DNA of 61,006 bases, the filler included. It is 5 parts of 5 records of this genome, joined end to end, with 100 filler letters (N's around TTAATTAATTAA, not from the genome) between each part and the next. Parts side by side here need not be neighbours in the genome. Positions count along the whole stretch, not along the records: positions 1 to 12,172 come from SRR20825006_2185; positions 12,273 to 28,369 come from SRR20825006_2193; 3 more parts are not named here. One strand, written 5' to 3'. Below are positions 10,255 to 21,241 of this stretch, in pieces. The notes beneath the pieces were generated by a model, which saw only the letters and a program-made list of their open reading frames with translations, did not search any database and was not told the DNA's origin. The position numbers and the translations under genes are program-made. Position 1 is the stretch's first letter; each line of letters starts with the position of its first letter.

Positions 10255-10988
10255 GCGCCCTCTCCCGGTGCGATATCCTGCACGACAGGAACATATTCTC
10301 CGGCCTCTACATCCTTCCGGAGCGCTTCATAATCGGCCATCGACACCGGCTGGAAATGAACCCGGTCTCCGGCGGCGACCAGAATCGGCGCGTCACGTGC
10401 GGGATCGAAGAATTCGACCGGCGTGCGCCCGATCAGATGCCAGCCGCCCGGGCTCTCGACCGTGTAGACCGTGGTCTGTCGTACAGCGATGGAGATCGAC
10501 CGGGCCGGCACCTTGACGCGCGGCTCGAACCGTCTCGGCACATCGAACGCTTCGGGCAAAAGTCCCAGATAAGGGAAGCCCGGCAGGAACCCCATCATCA
10601 GGACTTCCTGCGGTTCGACCGTATGGCCCCGCACCACTTCCGCAGGCGTCAGCTTCATGTCCCGCGCCACACTCTCGAGATCGGGCGCGCACTCGCCCTC
10701 ATAGCAGACGGGAATGGACCAGAGCCGGTAGCCGTCCTCGCCCTCATGCTGGTGATGCAGGATTTCCGAGATCGCCGATTGCAGCTCGGAAGAGCGCGTC
10801 AGCAGCGGATCGTAATGCACCATCAGCGAGCGGATCGTCGGGACGATATCGACAATGCCGGCCAGCGACAGCTCGCGCAGCTTGGCGGCAACATGGCGCA
10901 CCTGGCGGTTTACGGCCGCATCGACGGCTTCGCCGAACTGCACGACAAGGGCGGTATCCCCGGCGGGGAGAAAGACAGGTTCCGACAT
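10251..10988 (-). CDS. pxpB: 5-oxoprolinase subunit B
   Basis: PAGDTALVV, IPVCYEG..PDL, GFLPGFPYLG, SPGGWHLIGRTP. Confidence 0.92.
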   Translation of the reverse strand: MSEPVFLPAGDTALVVQFGEAVDAAVNRQVRHVAAKLRELSLAGIVDIVPTIRSLMVHYDPLLTRSSELQSAISEILHHQHEGEDGYRLWSIPVCYEGECAPDLESVARDMKLTPAEVVRGHTVEPQEVLMMGFLPGFPYLGLLPEAFDVPRRFEPRVKVPARSISIAVRQTTVYTVESPGGWHLIGRTPVEFFDPARDAPILVAAGDRVHFQPVSMADYEALRKDVEAGEYVPVVQDIAPGEGA

Positions 10989-11116
10989 CACAATGGTTCT
11001 GTTCCGGACATGGACCATACGAAGGGTTTGGCGCTAGTCTTCACGTCCAATCGCCCATCGACCAAGCGTCCGGACGCGCGAGCTGCGCTTCGAGACAATA
11101 GCCACGGACCATAACC

Positions 11117-11890
11117 ATGACCAAAGTGAATTTGAACGCCGATATGGCCGAAGGTTTCGGCGCCTACGATATCGGCGACGACATGGCGATGCTGAAGATC
11201 GTCGGCTCGGCCAATGTGGCCTGCGGGTTCCATGGCGGGGATGCCAATGTGATGGACCGGGTCGTGGGCACGGCCAAGGCGGAAGGCGTCAGCATCGGCG
11301 CGCATCCGGGCTTCAACGATCTCTGGGGCTTCGGCCGCCGCCGTATCAGCATGGCCCCGCGCGAGGTCGAGGCGATGATCGCCTATCAGATCGGCGCGCT
11401 GCAGGCGATGGCGGCGATGCACGGCATGAAGGTCACGCACATGAAGCCGCATGGCGCGCTGAACAACATGGCTTCGGAAGACAAGGATCTCGCCGAAGCC
11501 ATCGTGCGCGCGACCAAGGCGGTCGATCCGGCCATCATCCTGCTGGCGACAACCGGCTCGGAGCTGATGAAAGCGGGCGTTACGCTCGACGTGCCGACAG
11601 CCTCCGAAGTGTTCGCCGACCGCACCTATGATGCCAAGGGCAGCCTGACCAGCCGGAAACGGGACGACGCCATGATCCGCGATCCCGAACAGGCCGTGGA
11701 GCATGTGCTGCGCATGGTCGAGACCGGCAAGGTCCGCTCGACCGATGGCGTGGAGGTGCCCGTTGTCGTGCATTCCATCTGCATTCATGGCGATGAGCCG
11801 ACCGGCCCCGCCGTCGCCGGAGCCGTCCGGGCCGCGCTCGAAGCCAAGGGCATCGAGGTCGTCACCCTTCCAGAAGTCCCGCTTAACTGA
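11117..11890 (+). CDS. pxpA: 5-oxoprolinase subunit A (LamB/YcsF family)
   Basis: LNADMAEGFG, ANVACGFHGGD, GAHPG, HMKPHGALNN, EVFADR, ICIHGD. Confidence 0.94.
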   Translation: MTKVNLNADMAEGFGAYDIGDDMAMLKIVGSANVACGFHGGDANVMDRVVGTAKAEGVSIGAHPGFNDLWGFGRRRISMAPREVEAMIAYQIGALQAMAAMHGMKVTHMKPHGALNNMASEDKDLAEAIVRATKAVDPAIILLATTGSELMKAGVTLDVPTASEVFADRTYDAKGSLTSRKRDDAMIRDPEQAVEHVLRMVETGKVRSTDGVEVPVVVHSICIHGDEPTGPAVAGAVRAALEAKGIEVVTLPEVPLN

Positions 11891-11923
11891 ATATCGATAT
11901 TGTCCAACCCAGGAGCTACCCAA

Positions 11924-12172
11924 GTGAGTCGTGAGCAAGCCATCTCAGCCGCCGCCGAACATTTTGACAGCGGCGATTTCCTCAAGGACCTGAGCCGCCG
12001 GGTGGCGATCCGCACCGAGAGCCAGCTCTACGAGGAGCGGAAGCCCGACATGGAGGCCTATATGGCCGAAATGCGCGCGACCCTGGAGCCGATGGGATAT
12101 GTCTGCGAGCAGTTCCCGAACCCCTCGCCGAAGGGCGGCCCCTTCCTGATCGCAACCCGTCACGAGGGCGAC
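11924..12172 (+). CDS. M20 family metallopeptidase, N-terminal part (truncated at linker)
   Basis: GTG start after AGGAG; FLKDLSRRVAIRTESQ...GGPFLIA.R.E typical of M20 N-termini. Confidence 0.7.
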
Positions 12173-12272
12173 NNNNNNNNNNNNNNNNNNNNNNNNNNNN
12201 NNNNNNNNNNNNNNNNTTAATTAATTAANNNNNNNNNNNNNNNNNNNNNNNNNNNNNNNNNNNNNNNNNNNN
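12173..12272. other. artificial contig linker
   Basis: N-run, TTAATTAATTAA (stops in all six frames), N-run; 100 nt. Confidence 0.98.
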
Positions 12273-12419
12273 CCCGATCTGGTGCGCGAGACCATCGACC
12301 TGATCCCTGGCAGCCAGTTCCAGATCATCCGCCGCACCGGCCACCTGCCCTGCGTCGAAAAGCCCGAGGAATATGCGCAGATCCTGATCAAGTTCATGCG
12401 CGACACGGGGCATATCTGA
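12273..12419 (+). CDS. pcaD: 3-oxoadipate enol-lactonase-like alpha/beta hydrolase, C-terminal fragment
   Basis: Manual translation PDLVRETIDLIPGSQFQIIRRTGHLPCVEKPEEYAQIL...* with catalytic-His motif GHLPCVE; abuts pcaB-like gene. Confidence 0.7.
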   Translation, partial: PDLVRETIDLIPGSQFQIIRRTGHLPCVEKPEEYAQILIKFMRDTGHI

Positions 12420-12420
12420 G

Positions 12421-13755
12421 ATGGCAGCCAGTGTTTTCGCAAGCCCGCTCTACGGGCAATTGTTCGCCACTGGCGAGACCGGGCGTCTGTTCACCGACAG
12501 CGCCGAAGTGCGCGCCATGCTGCTGGTCGAGGGCGCGCTGGCCAAAGTGCAGGGTGCGTTGGGCGTGATCCCGGAGATCAGCGGCGCCGCAATCCACCGC
12601 GCCAGCCTTGAGGTTGCCATCGACCCCGGTGCCCTGGGGGCCGCCACGGGTCAGAACGGTGTGCCGGTTCCCGGATTGGTCGCGGCGTTTCGTGCAGCAA
12701 TGGAGGCCCCCGAACACGCGCAATACGCCCACTGGGGTGCCACCAGCCAGGACATCGCCGACACCGCGCTGATGCTGCGGTTGCGTCAGGCGCTGGCATT
12801 GGCCGAGGCGGAGATCCGTGCACTGCTGGGCGCGCTGGCCCAAGCCGCAGAGGATCATGCCGCCACACCAATGCCCGCCCGCACCTATGGCCAGGTCGCC
12901 ACGCCGACCAGTTGGGGCGCGGTTCTGGCGCAGTGGGGCACGCCCTTGATTGCCGCATTGGACGACCTGCCCGCATTGCGCGCGGCCAGCCTGTGGGTGT
13001 CGTTGTCGGGCGCGGCGGGCACCTCTTCGGCGCTTGGCCCCAAGGCGACAGAGACCCGCGCGGAACTGGCAAAGGCGCTGGGGCTGAAAGACCCCGGCCA
13101 CAGCTGGCACACCGACCGCAGCCCGGTGTTGCGCATTGCTGAATGGATGGCACGGGTGACGGCCACGCTGGCCGCGATGGGCGACACGTTGGTGGGCCTG
13201 ACCATGTCCGGCATCGGCGAGGTCACCCTGTCCGGCGCGGGCGGATCATCGACCATGCCACAGAAACAAAACCCGGTCGGACCCTCGGCGCTGGTGGCGC
13301 TGAACATCCAGATGGCAGGTCTGCGCGCGTCACTGCAAACCGCTGCATCCCATCAGCACCAGCGCGACGGGGCGGCCTGGTTCGCCGAATGGATGGTTCT
13401 GCCGCAGGTCGTTCTGACCAACGCCTGTGCCCTGCATCACGCGTTGAAACTGGCGGAGGGCATCAATCCGGTGCCTGCGCGGATGCACGCAGCCCTTGAG
13501 GACGGTCTGGGCCTGATCCACGCCGAGGCGCTAAGCTTTGCGCTGGCAGGCCAGATGCCGCGCCCCGAAGCACAGGCCGCGACCAAGGCACTGTGCAAGG
13601 AAGTGATGGACACCCAGACCCCGCTGCCCGAACTGGCCGGGCGTGCCTATCCCGATCTGCCACAGGGACTGTTTGACGCCGCCTCCCAGATGGGCACAGC
13701 CGCAGACGACGCCCGCGCCTTTGCCAGCCGCGCCCGCAGCGCCGCTGCGGTGTAG
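12421..13755 (+). CDS. fumarase/aspartase-superfamily lyase (PcaB/adenylosuccinate lyase-like)
   Basis: HWGATSQDIADT, ARTYGQ, GSSTMPQKQNPV signature. Confidence 0.88.
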   Translation: MAASVFASPLYGQLFATGETGRLFTDSAEVRAMLLVEGALAKVQGALGVIPEISGAAIHRASLEVAIDPGALGAATGQNGVPVPGLVAAFRAAMEAPEHAQYAHWGATSQDIADTALMLRLRQALALAEAEIRALLGALAQAAEDHAATPMPARTYGQVATPTSWGAVLAQWGTPLIAALDDLPALRAASLWVSLSGAAGTSSALGPKATETRAELAKALGLKDPGHSWHTDRSPVLRIAEWMARVTATLAAMGDTLVGLTMSGIGEVTLSGAGGSSTMPQKQNPVGPSALVALNIQMAGLRASLQTAASHQHQRDGAAWFAEWMVLPQVVLTNACALHHALKLAEGINPVPARMHAALEDGLGLIHAEALSFALAGQMPRPEAQAATKALCKEVMDTQTPLPELAGRAYPDLPQGLFDAASQMGTAADDARAFASRARSAAAV

Positions 13756-13762
13756 CACCGGC

Positions 13763-14965
13763 GTGAAACCCGCCGTTGTTTTCCTGCTGTTCACCGTCCT
13801 GCTGGATGCGATGGGCATCGGGTTGATCCTGCCGATCATGCCCGACCTGATCCGCGAGGTGCAGGGCGGCACGCTGGCGCAGGCGGCGCTGTGGGGTGGT
13901 GTTCTGTCCACGTCCTTTGCGGTGATGCAGTTCCTGTTCGGCCCGGTGATCGGAGGGTTGTCCGACCGCTTTGGCCGCCGTCCGGTGCTGCTCTTGTCGC
14001 TGGTCGTCATGTGTCTGGACTACATGCTGATGGCGGTGGCGGGCAGCATCTGGTTGCTGCTGGTGGGGCGGATCATCGGCGGGGTCGCCGCCTCGACCCA
14101 GTCGACGGCCAACGCCTGTATGGCTGACCTGTCCGCCCCCGAGGACAAAAGCGCCAATTTCGGCCTGATCGGCGCGGCCTTTGGCATCGGTTTCGTGCTG
14201 GGGCCGCTGATCGGTGGGCTGCTGGCCGAATATGGCACCCGCGCGCCGTTCTGGGCGGCGGCGACTTTGGCGGGGCTGAATGCCCTGTTCGGCTGGCTGG
14301 TGCTGAGCGAAACAGTCACGAACCGCATCCGCCGCGCGTTTTCATGGCGGCGGGCCAATCCGCTGGGCACGCTACGGGCGCTGGGGAAATTGCCGCAGAT
14401 CCGACGCCTGCTGGTGGTCTATTTCATCTATCAGTTCGCCTTTATCGTCTATCCGACGATCTGGGCCTATTTCGGGCACGCGCGATTCGACTGGTCGCCC
14501 GCCGTGATCGGCCTCAGCCTGGGCCTGTTCGGCATTGCCATGGCCGTCGTCCAGGGCGGACTGATCCGCATCGCCCTGCGCCGGTTTGGCGAAAGCGGTA
14601 CGATAGTCTACGGGCTGCTGTTCAGCATCGCGAGTTACGTGGCGATTGCGCTTGTTACCTCGGGCACCCTGGCGTTGATCCTGACGCCGCTGGCCGCCTT
14701 GGGCGGCGTCATCGCCCCCGCGTTGCAGGGGATCATGTCCAAGGCCACAGGCGATGACCAGCAGGGCGAATTGCAAGGGGCCATGGTATCGGTCAACGCA
14801 CTGGCGATGATCCTGTCGCCGATGGTCATGACCTCGGTGTTCTACAGCTTTACCGCCGCCGACGCGCCCATCCATCTGCCCGGTGCACCCTTTGTGCTGT
14901 CGGCCCTGCTGACGGTGCTGGCGCTGGCGATCTACCTGCGGCCCATCGGCACACGGGTCACCTGA
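13763..14965 (+). CDS. TCR/Tet-family MFS transporter
   Basis: DAMGIGLILPIMP, GLSDRFGRRP, GAAFGIGFVLGP; about 12 hydrophobic segments; GTG start. Confidence 0.9.
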   Translation: MKPAVVFLLFTVLLDAMGIGLILPIMPDLIREVQGGTLAQAALWGGVLSTSFAVMQFLFGPVIGGLSDRFGRRPVLLLSLVVMCLDYMLMAVAGSIWLLLVGRIIGGVAASTQSTANACMADLSAPEDKSANFGLIGAAFGIGFVLGPLIGGLLAEYGTRAPFWAAATLAGLNALFGWLVLSETVTNRIRRAFSWRRANPLGTLRALGKLPQIRRLLVVYFIYQFAFIVYPTIWAYFGHARFDWSPAVIGLSLGLFGIAMAVVQGGLIRIALRRFGESGTIVYGLLFSIASYVAIALVTSGTLALILTPLAALGGVIAPALQGIMSKATGDDQQGELQGAMVSVNALAMILSPMVMTSVFYSFTAADAPIHLPGAPFVLSALLTVLALAIYLRPIGTRVT

Positions 14966-15084
14966 CGTTACTTGGCCAAACTGGCGCGGACGGACCGGGA
15001 ACGTGTCGGTTTCCGACATGCGCGGCCCCTTTGCGACCCCCACCCTGAACAGGTCGCATCACCTTCTGCCATCAGGACAGTCCC

Positions 15085-16182
15085 ATGCAAACCATCAAAG
15101 CCGCCGTCTGCCACGCCTTTGGCGAACCTCTGCGCATCGAAGACATCCATCTGCGCGCGCCCGAACAAGGCGAGGTGGAAGTGACCATCGACGCAGTGGC
15201 GATCTGCCATTCGGACATCTCCTATGCCGAAGGGTCCTGGGGCGGCAGCCTGCCTGCGGTCTATGGTCACGAGGCAGCGGGACGCGTCAGCACCGTGGGG
15301 ACAGGTGTGCAGGGACTGTCCGAGGGCGATAGCGTCGTGGTCACATTGATCCGTTCGTGCGGGTCCTGCGCCCCCTGCGCCGGGGGCAGCCCGGTGTCGT
15401 GCGAGACACCCTACAACGGCGACATGGGCCCGATCACCCTGCCGGACGGCAGCAAGCTGCATCAGGCGATGGCCACCGGCGGCTTTGCCGAAAAGGTGGT
15501 TGTGGACCGACGGCAGGTGGTGCGCATCTCGGACAAGATCGCCAAGGACGTGGCCTCGCTGGTGGCCTGCGGCGTGATCACCGGCGTCGGCGCGGTGGTG
15601 AACTCGGCGCATCTGCGCGCGGGTCAGGACGTGGTGGTGATTGGTGCGGGCGGCGTCGGGCTGAACGCCATCCAAGGCGCGCGGATTGCAGGCGCGCGGC
15701 GTATTGTGGCCGTCGACATGAGCGCCGAGAAACTTGACGTTGCCAAGGAATTCGGCGCAACCCACGGCGTTCTGGCGACCCACAAAGCGCCGTGGCTGGT
15801 GACGCGCAAGGCTTTGGGCGGGCGCGGGGCCGATGCGGTGATCGTCACCGTGGGTGCCATTCCCGCCTATGATCAGGCTCCGAACTATCTGGCCACGCAG
15901 GGCAAGGTGATTATGGTCGGGATGCCCCATGTGGGCGGAGAAGCCACATACCAGCCTGTCAATCTGGCCGCCGCAGGTCAGGGCATGATCGGGTCGAAAA
16001 TGGGGGATGTGGTGATCCAGCGCGACATTCCGTGGATGCTGGACCTGTATGAACAGGGTCGGCTGAAACTGGACGAGTTGATCTCGGGGCGGTGGTCGCT
16101 GGAACAGATCAACGAGGCGATTGCCGACACCAAGACTGGAACTGCGCGGCGCAATGTGATCGTCTTTGATCGCAAAGCATAG
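15085..16182 (+). CDS. zinc-dependent alcohol dehydrogenase
   Basis: ICHSD, GHE, CGSCAPC..C, GAGGVG. Confidence 0.92.
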   Translation: MQTIKAAVCHAFGEPLRIEDIHLRAPEQGEVEVTIDAVAICHSDISYAEGSWGGSLPAVYGHEAAGRVSTVGTGVQGLSEGDSVVVTLIRSCGSCAPCAGGSPVSCETPYNGDMGPITLPDGSKLHQAMATGGFAEKVVVDRRQVVRISDKIAKDVASLVACGVITGVGAVVNSAHLRAGQDVVVIGAGGVGLNAIQGARIAGARRIVAVDMSAEKLDVAKEFGATHGVLATHKAPWLVTRKALGGRGADAVIVTVGAIPAYDQAPNYLATQGKVIMVGMPHVGGEATYQPVNLAAAGQGMIGSKMGDVVIQRDIPWMLDLYEQGRLKLDELISGRWSLEQINEAIADTKTGTARRNVIVFDRKA

Positions 16183-16261
16183 GACGCTGACCGACCGGGG
16201 CTCTGCCCCCGGTTTTGAGTCCGGCCCCGGAGTTTACTGGCAAGATGAAGGAACGGCCTGC

Positions 16262-17494
16262 ATGAAGCTTAAAGACCTTGATATCATCGTCACGGCGCCC
16301 CCTGCGCCGGGCTGGGGCGGGCGCTATTGGATATTGGTCAAGGTGACCACGGACACCGGCATCGTCGGCTGGGGAGAGTGTTACGCGGCCTCGGTCGGAC
16401 CGGATGCCATGCGGGCAGTGATCGGGGACGTGTTCGCACGGCACATGCAGGGCGAGAACCCGGAGAATATCGAACTGATGTTCCGCCGTGCCTATTCGGC
16501 GGGATTCACGCAGCGGCCTGACCTGACGGTGATGGGCGCGTTTTCGGGGCTTGAGATTGCCTGTTGGGACATCCTCGGCAAAGCGCGCGGGCGACCTGTT
16601 CATGCGCTGATCGGCGGGCGGATGAACGACCGCATCCGGGCATACACCTACCTCTACCCCCTGCCCCATCATGATATGCAGGCTTTTTGGACCTCGCCCG
16701 AGATGGCTGCTGAGGCGGCTTTAGATTGCGTGGCGCGCGGGTATACGGCGGTGAAATTCGACCCCGCAGGCCCCTATACCCTGCGCGGGGGCCACATGCC
16801 TGCAATGAGCGACATCAGCCAGTCGGTGGCCTTCTGCAAGGCAATCCGCGAAGCCGTGGGCGACCGCGCCGACTTGCTGTTCGGCACCCATGGGCAGTTC
16901 ACCACCGCCGGCGCAATCCGGCTGGGCCGCGCCATCGCGCCCTATGGTCCGCTTTGGTACGAGGAACCTGTGCCACCGGACAATCCGGCACAGATGGCCG
17001 CCGTGGCCAGCGCCGTAGGCATTCCCGTGGCCACCGGCGAACGGCTGACCACCAAGGCCGAGTTCGCCCCGATCCTGCGCAGTGGTGCGGCCAGCATCCT
17101 GCAACCGGCACTGGGCCGCGCGGGCGGCATCTGGGAGGTCAAGAAAATCGCCGCGATGGCCGAAGTTTATAACGCGCAAGTCGCGCCACACCTCTATGCA
17201 GGGCCGATCGAATGGGCCGCCAATCTGCAACTGGCCGCGTCCATTCCCAACCTGCTGATGTGTGAAACCATCGAGACACCGTTCCACGACGCGCTGATCA
17301 AGGGCAGCATCCGGGTCGAGGACGGCTTTGTCACGCCGTCAGATGCGCCCGGTCTGGGGATCGAGGTGGACGAGGATCTGGCCCGCGCGCATCCTTACAC
17401 CGGCACCGGCCTGCATCTGGAGATGCAGGAAGCGCCCTGCGATTACGTGAACGGCAATGCCTTTGAAGGGGGTGCGCCCGCACCGAGAGACTAG
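16262..17494 (+). CDS. mandelate racemase/muconate lactonizing enzyme family protein
   Basis: GWGE, EIACWDILGK, WYEEP, ATGERL, PGLGIE. Confidence 0.9.
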   Translation: MKLKDLDIIVTAPPAPGWGGRYWILVKVTTDTGIVGWGECYAASVGPDAMRAVIGDVFARHMQGENPENIELMFRRAYSAGFTQRPDLTVMGAFSGLEIACWDILGKARGRPVHALIGGRMNDRIRAYTYLYPLPHHDMQAFWTSPEMAAEAALDCVARGYTAVKFDPAGPYTLRGGHMPAMSDISQSVAFCKAIREAVGDRADLLFGTHGQFTTAGAIRLGRAIAPYGPLWYEEPVPPDNPAQMAAVASAVGIPVATGERLTTKAEFAPILRSGAASILQPALGRAGGIWEVKKIAAMAEVYNAQVAPHLYAGPIEWAANLQLAASIPNLLMCETIETPFHDALIKGSIRVEDGFVTPSDAPGLGIEVDEDLARAHPYTGTGLHLEMQEAPCDYVNGNAFEGGAPAPRD

Positions 17495-17946
17495 ACCAGC
17501 CGCACGCCGCTGACTGCCACATCGACCGCGAATTCACGCCCCACGGCGACGACGCCCACGCGGCGCAGCTCGGATGCGTCAAAGTTGGCATCGGTCCGAT
17601 AGGCTTCGAGCGTCTTGAAGGGCACCGTGATCGTGGTCCACGTGGACGGTGCCACAAAGCCCGTGCGAAAGGATTGCCATGCACGCGTCAGCCGGGTGGT
17701 CCGCAGGCGCAGATCGTAGTTTTCGCCATTGCCGCAAACATCCAGTTCCAGCCCCGTGCAACCGCTGGCATCCTGCTCCAGATCAAAGGCCATCTGGATA
17801 AAACCGCCGCCGTTGTCTGTGCTGACCGTGCCTGTCAGGCGCATGGCCCTGCGACCGGCGACCTGCTCCGTTGACGCCTGCCCGCGGGACACGCCGCCCA
17901 TCACGCTGTCGGCAACATAGGTCCAGTCGGGGTGCAGCGCCCTCAC
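17491..17946 (-). CDS. CIA30 family protein
   Basis: W..VADSVMGGVS, GTVSTDNGGGF. Confidence 0.88.
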   Translation of the reverse strand: MRALHPDWTYVADSVMGGVSRGQASTEQVAGRRAMRLTGTVSTDNGGGFIQMAFDLEQDASGCTGLELDVCGNGENYDLRLRTTRLTRAWQSFRTGFVAPSTWTTITVPFKTLEAYRTDANFDASELRRVGVVAVGREFAVDVAVSGVRLV

Positions 17947-18989
17947 GCGCCCTTTTCCAGATGCCGGCCAAGGAACGCCAACCAGTTCTCACAGCAAATC
18001 TTGGCGATCACCTCTGAGCCAAAGCCCGCATCCTCCATCGCCTTGACCAATACAGGCAGATCCGCCGCCGAGGCGATCCCGTCGGGCATGCGCGCCCCGT
18101 CGAAATCGCTGCCCAGTGCCACGTGATCCTCGCCCAGGTGTTCAATCATGTACTCCAGATGGCGAATGCAGGCTTCCAGCCCCACGCGCCCTGTCTTCCA
18201 TCCTGCATCACTGAGAAAAGGTGGGGCAAAGTTCAGCCCCGCGATGCCGCCGCTTTGGGCGATGACCTGCAACTGCGCGTCCGTCAGATTGCGCGAGGAC
18301 GGGCACAGCGACCATGCGTTGGAATGGGTGGCCACGACCGGCTGTCCCATATCTGCGATATCCTCAAACCCCTTGAGCGTGATGTGGCTGGTGTCGAGCA
18401 TGATCCCAAGCTCGCCGCAGCGTTTCGCCAGCCGTTTGCCGGCCTCGGTCAGCCCTGGACCAAGGTCGGGATCGCGGAAATGCGCAAAGGGCACACCATG
18501 GCCAAAGATGTTGTTGCGCGACCAGACCGGCCCGAGCGACCGCAGGCCAACCCCGTAAAGCACGTCCAGCGCCAGCAGGTCGGCGTCGATGCATTCAGCA
18601 CCCTCAAGGTGCAGGACACAGGCCACCGCATCGCCCATGAACGCCCGCCCCAGCTGGTCGGGGCGCGTGACGATCTCAATGTGGCCAGCGGCGGCCAGTT
18701 GCAGGGCAATTCCCGCCTGCCCCATGGCCGCCTGCAAGGCCCAGCCCTGATCCAGCGGGGCATCCAGAGGTTCAAGCTCAACGGCGTTGACCTCGGTGCT
18801 GCCCGTGTGAGGCATGCGGCTGGCCGGGCAATAGATCGCAAAGAACCCGCCGCCCATGCCGCCCGCCCGACAGGCAGCGGCGTTGATGTGTCCCGCATCC
18901 GTTGCAAAATGTGCCACCGGATCGCCCTGTTGTTTCCAGAGCCGCATCAGCGCGTCGTTGTGACCGTCAAATATCATCTGTTTTCCCAT
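17943..18989 (-). CDS. M19 membrane dipeptidase
   Basis: FDGHND, LHLEGAE, DTSH, ATHSN, RNLTD, LGSDFDG. Confidence 0.92.
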   Translation of the reverse strand: MGKQMIFDGHNDALMRLWKQQGDPVAHFATDAGHINAAACRAGGMGGGFFAIYCPASRMPHTGSTEVNAVELEPLDAPLDQGWALQAAMGQAGIALQLAAAGHIEIVTRPDQLGRAFMGDAVACVLHLEGAECIDADLLALDVLYGVGLRSLGPVWSRNNIFGHGVPFAHFRDPDLGPGLTEAGKRLAKRCGELGIMLDTSHITLKGFEDIADMGQPVVATHSNAWSLCPSSRNLTDAQLQVIAQSGGIAGLNFAPPFLSDAGWKTGRVGLEACIRHLEYMIEHLGEDHVALGSDFDGARMPDGIASAADLPVLVKAMEDAGFGSEVIAKICCENWLAFLGRHLEKGA

Positions 18990-19753
18990 CAGTCTGCCGT
19001 CCAACCTCCGTCGACCATCATGGCCGTGCCTGTCACCATTCCCGAGGCTTCCGACGCCAAATACAGCGCCGCCCCCATAATATCGCTGACCGCGCCCACG
19101 CGCGGCAGTTTGATCTTGTCCATGATCCACGCGCGGCTGCGCGCGTCGTTGAATGTACCTTCGGTCAGCGGTGTGCGGATGAAGGTGGGGCAGATCGTGT
19201 TGATGCGAATGCCCGCCTTGCCCCATTCGATGGCCATTGCCTTGACCATGCCCTCGACCGCGTGTTTCGACGCACAATAAACCGCGCGGTCCGGGCCGCC
19301 GACGTGCCCCATCTGGCTGCTGATGTGAATGATCGAGCCGGGCTTGCCCGCATCCAGAAGTGCGCGTGCGGCATAGGAGGACAGAAAATAAGCCCCCTTC
19401 ACGTTCACATCCATCACCGTATCGAAATCCGCCACATCGGTGTCCACCGCCGCCGAATGACGCGCCAGACCGGCCGAATTCACCACAACGTCAAAGGGGT
19501 CGGAAAACGCACCCTTCAACGCCGTAAGATCCGTCTGGTCCAGCACCAGCACCTCTGCCGAATGACCCGCATCACGCATGGCGGCGACGCTGTCGTGCAA
19601 CACATCGGCGCGGCGCGCGGCACAGACCACATGGGCCCCCGCCCCGGCCAATGCCACGGCACAGCCCAGACCGATGCCCGAGGATGCACCCGTGACAAGG
19701 GCGCGGCGGCCTGACAGGTCGAAGGACGGGATTTGTGGAAGTGTCTGAGCCAT
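18989..19753 (-). CDS. SDR family oxidoreductase
   Basis: [17 protein letters not shown]. Confidence 0.9.
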   Translation of the reverse strand: MAQTLPQIPSFDLSGRRALVTGASSGIGLGCAVALAGAGAHVVCAARRADVLHDSVAAMRDAGHSAEVLVLDQTDLTALKGAFSDPFDVVVNSAGLARHSAAVDTDVADFDTVMDVNVKGAYFLSSYAARALLDAGKPGSIIHISSQMGHVGGPDRAVYCASKHAVEGMVKAMAIEWGKAGIRINTICPTFIRTPLTEGTFNDARSRAWIMDKIKLPRVGAVSDIMGAALYLASEASGMVTGTAMMVDGGWTAD

Positions 19754-19852
19754 CTGTCGCCTCGCATTGGTGTTCGGCACAGCTTAGCGGATGATGTGCG
19801 TTTCACCAGAGCCAGCGCATGGCTGCAACCATTGGCATGGATATTTATAGCC

Positions 19853-19880
19853 AAAAGAAACGGGGGCACTGTGGCCCCCG
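19853..19880 (-). terminator. rho-independent terminator of gcdH
   Basis: CGGGGGC-N6-GCCCCCG hairpin followed on minus strand by TTTCTTTT. Confidence 0.7.
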
Positions 19881-19913
19881 CATCTGTTGTTTCAATTTTT
19901 AAAGCGTGCAGGT

Positions 19914-21137
<1,224 letters not shown>

Positions 21138-21241
21138 GATGGACCTCTTTCTCGAATCTGTTGAATTTCGTGCAGTATTGCAAAGAAACGCGGCAAGTTC
21201 TAACAATCATCCGTCCTGTGATACATGAGGATTAGTCATAG

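Noticed and set aside
12217-12228. TTAATTAATTAA palindrome as a biological site
   Set aside because: Part of the synthetic linker, repeated identically four times
13763-14965. Tetracycline resistance gene tetA
   Set aside because: TCR-family MFS in a metabolic operon with no tetR or mobile context; resistance cannot be inferred
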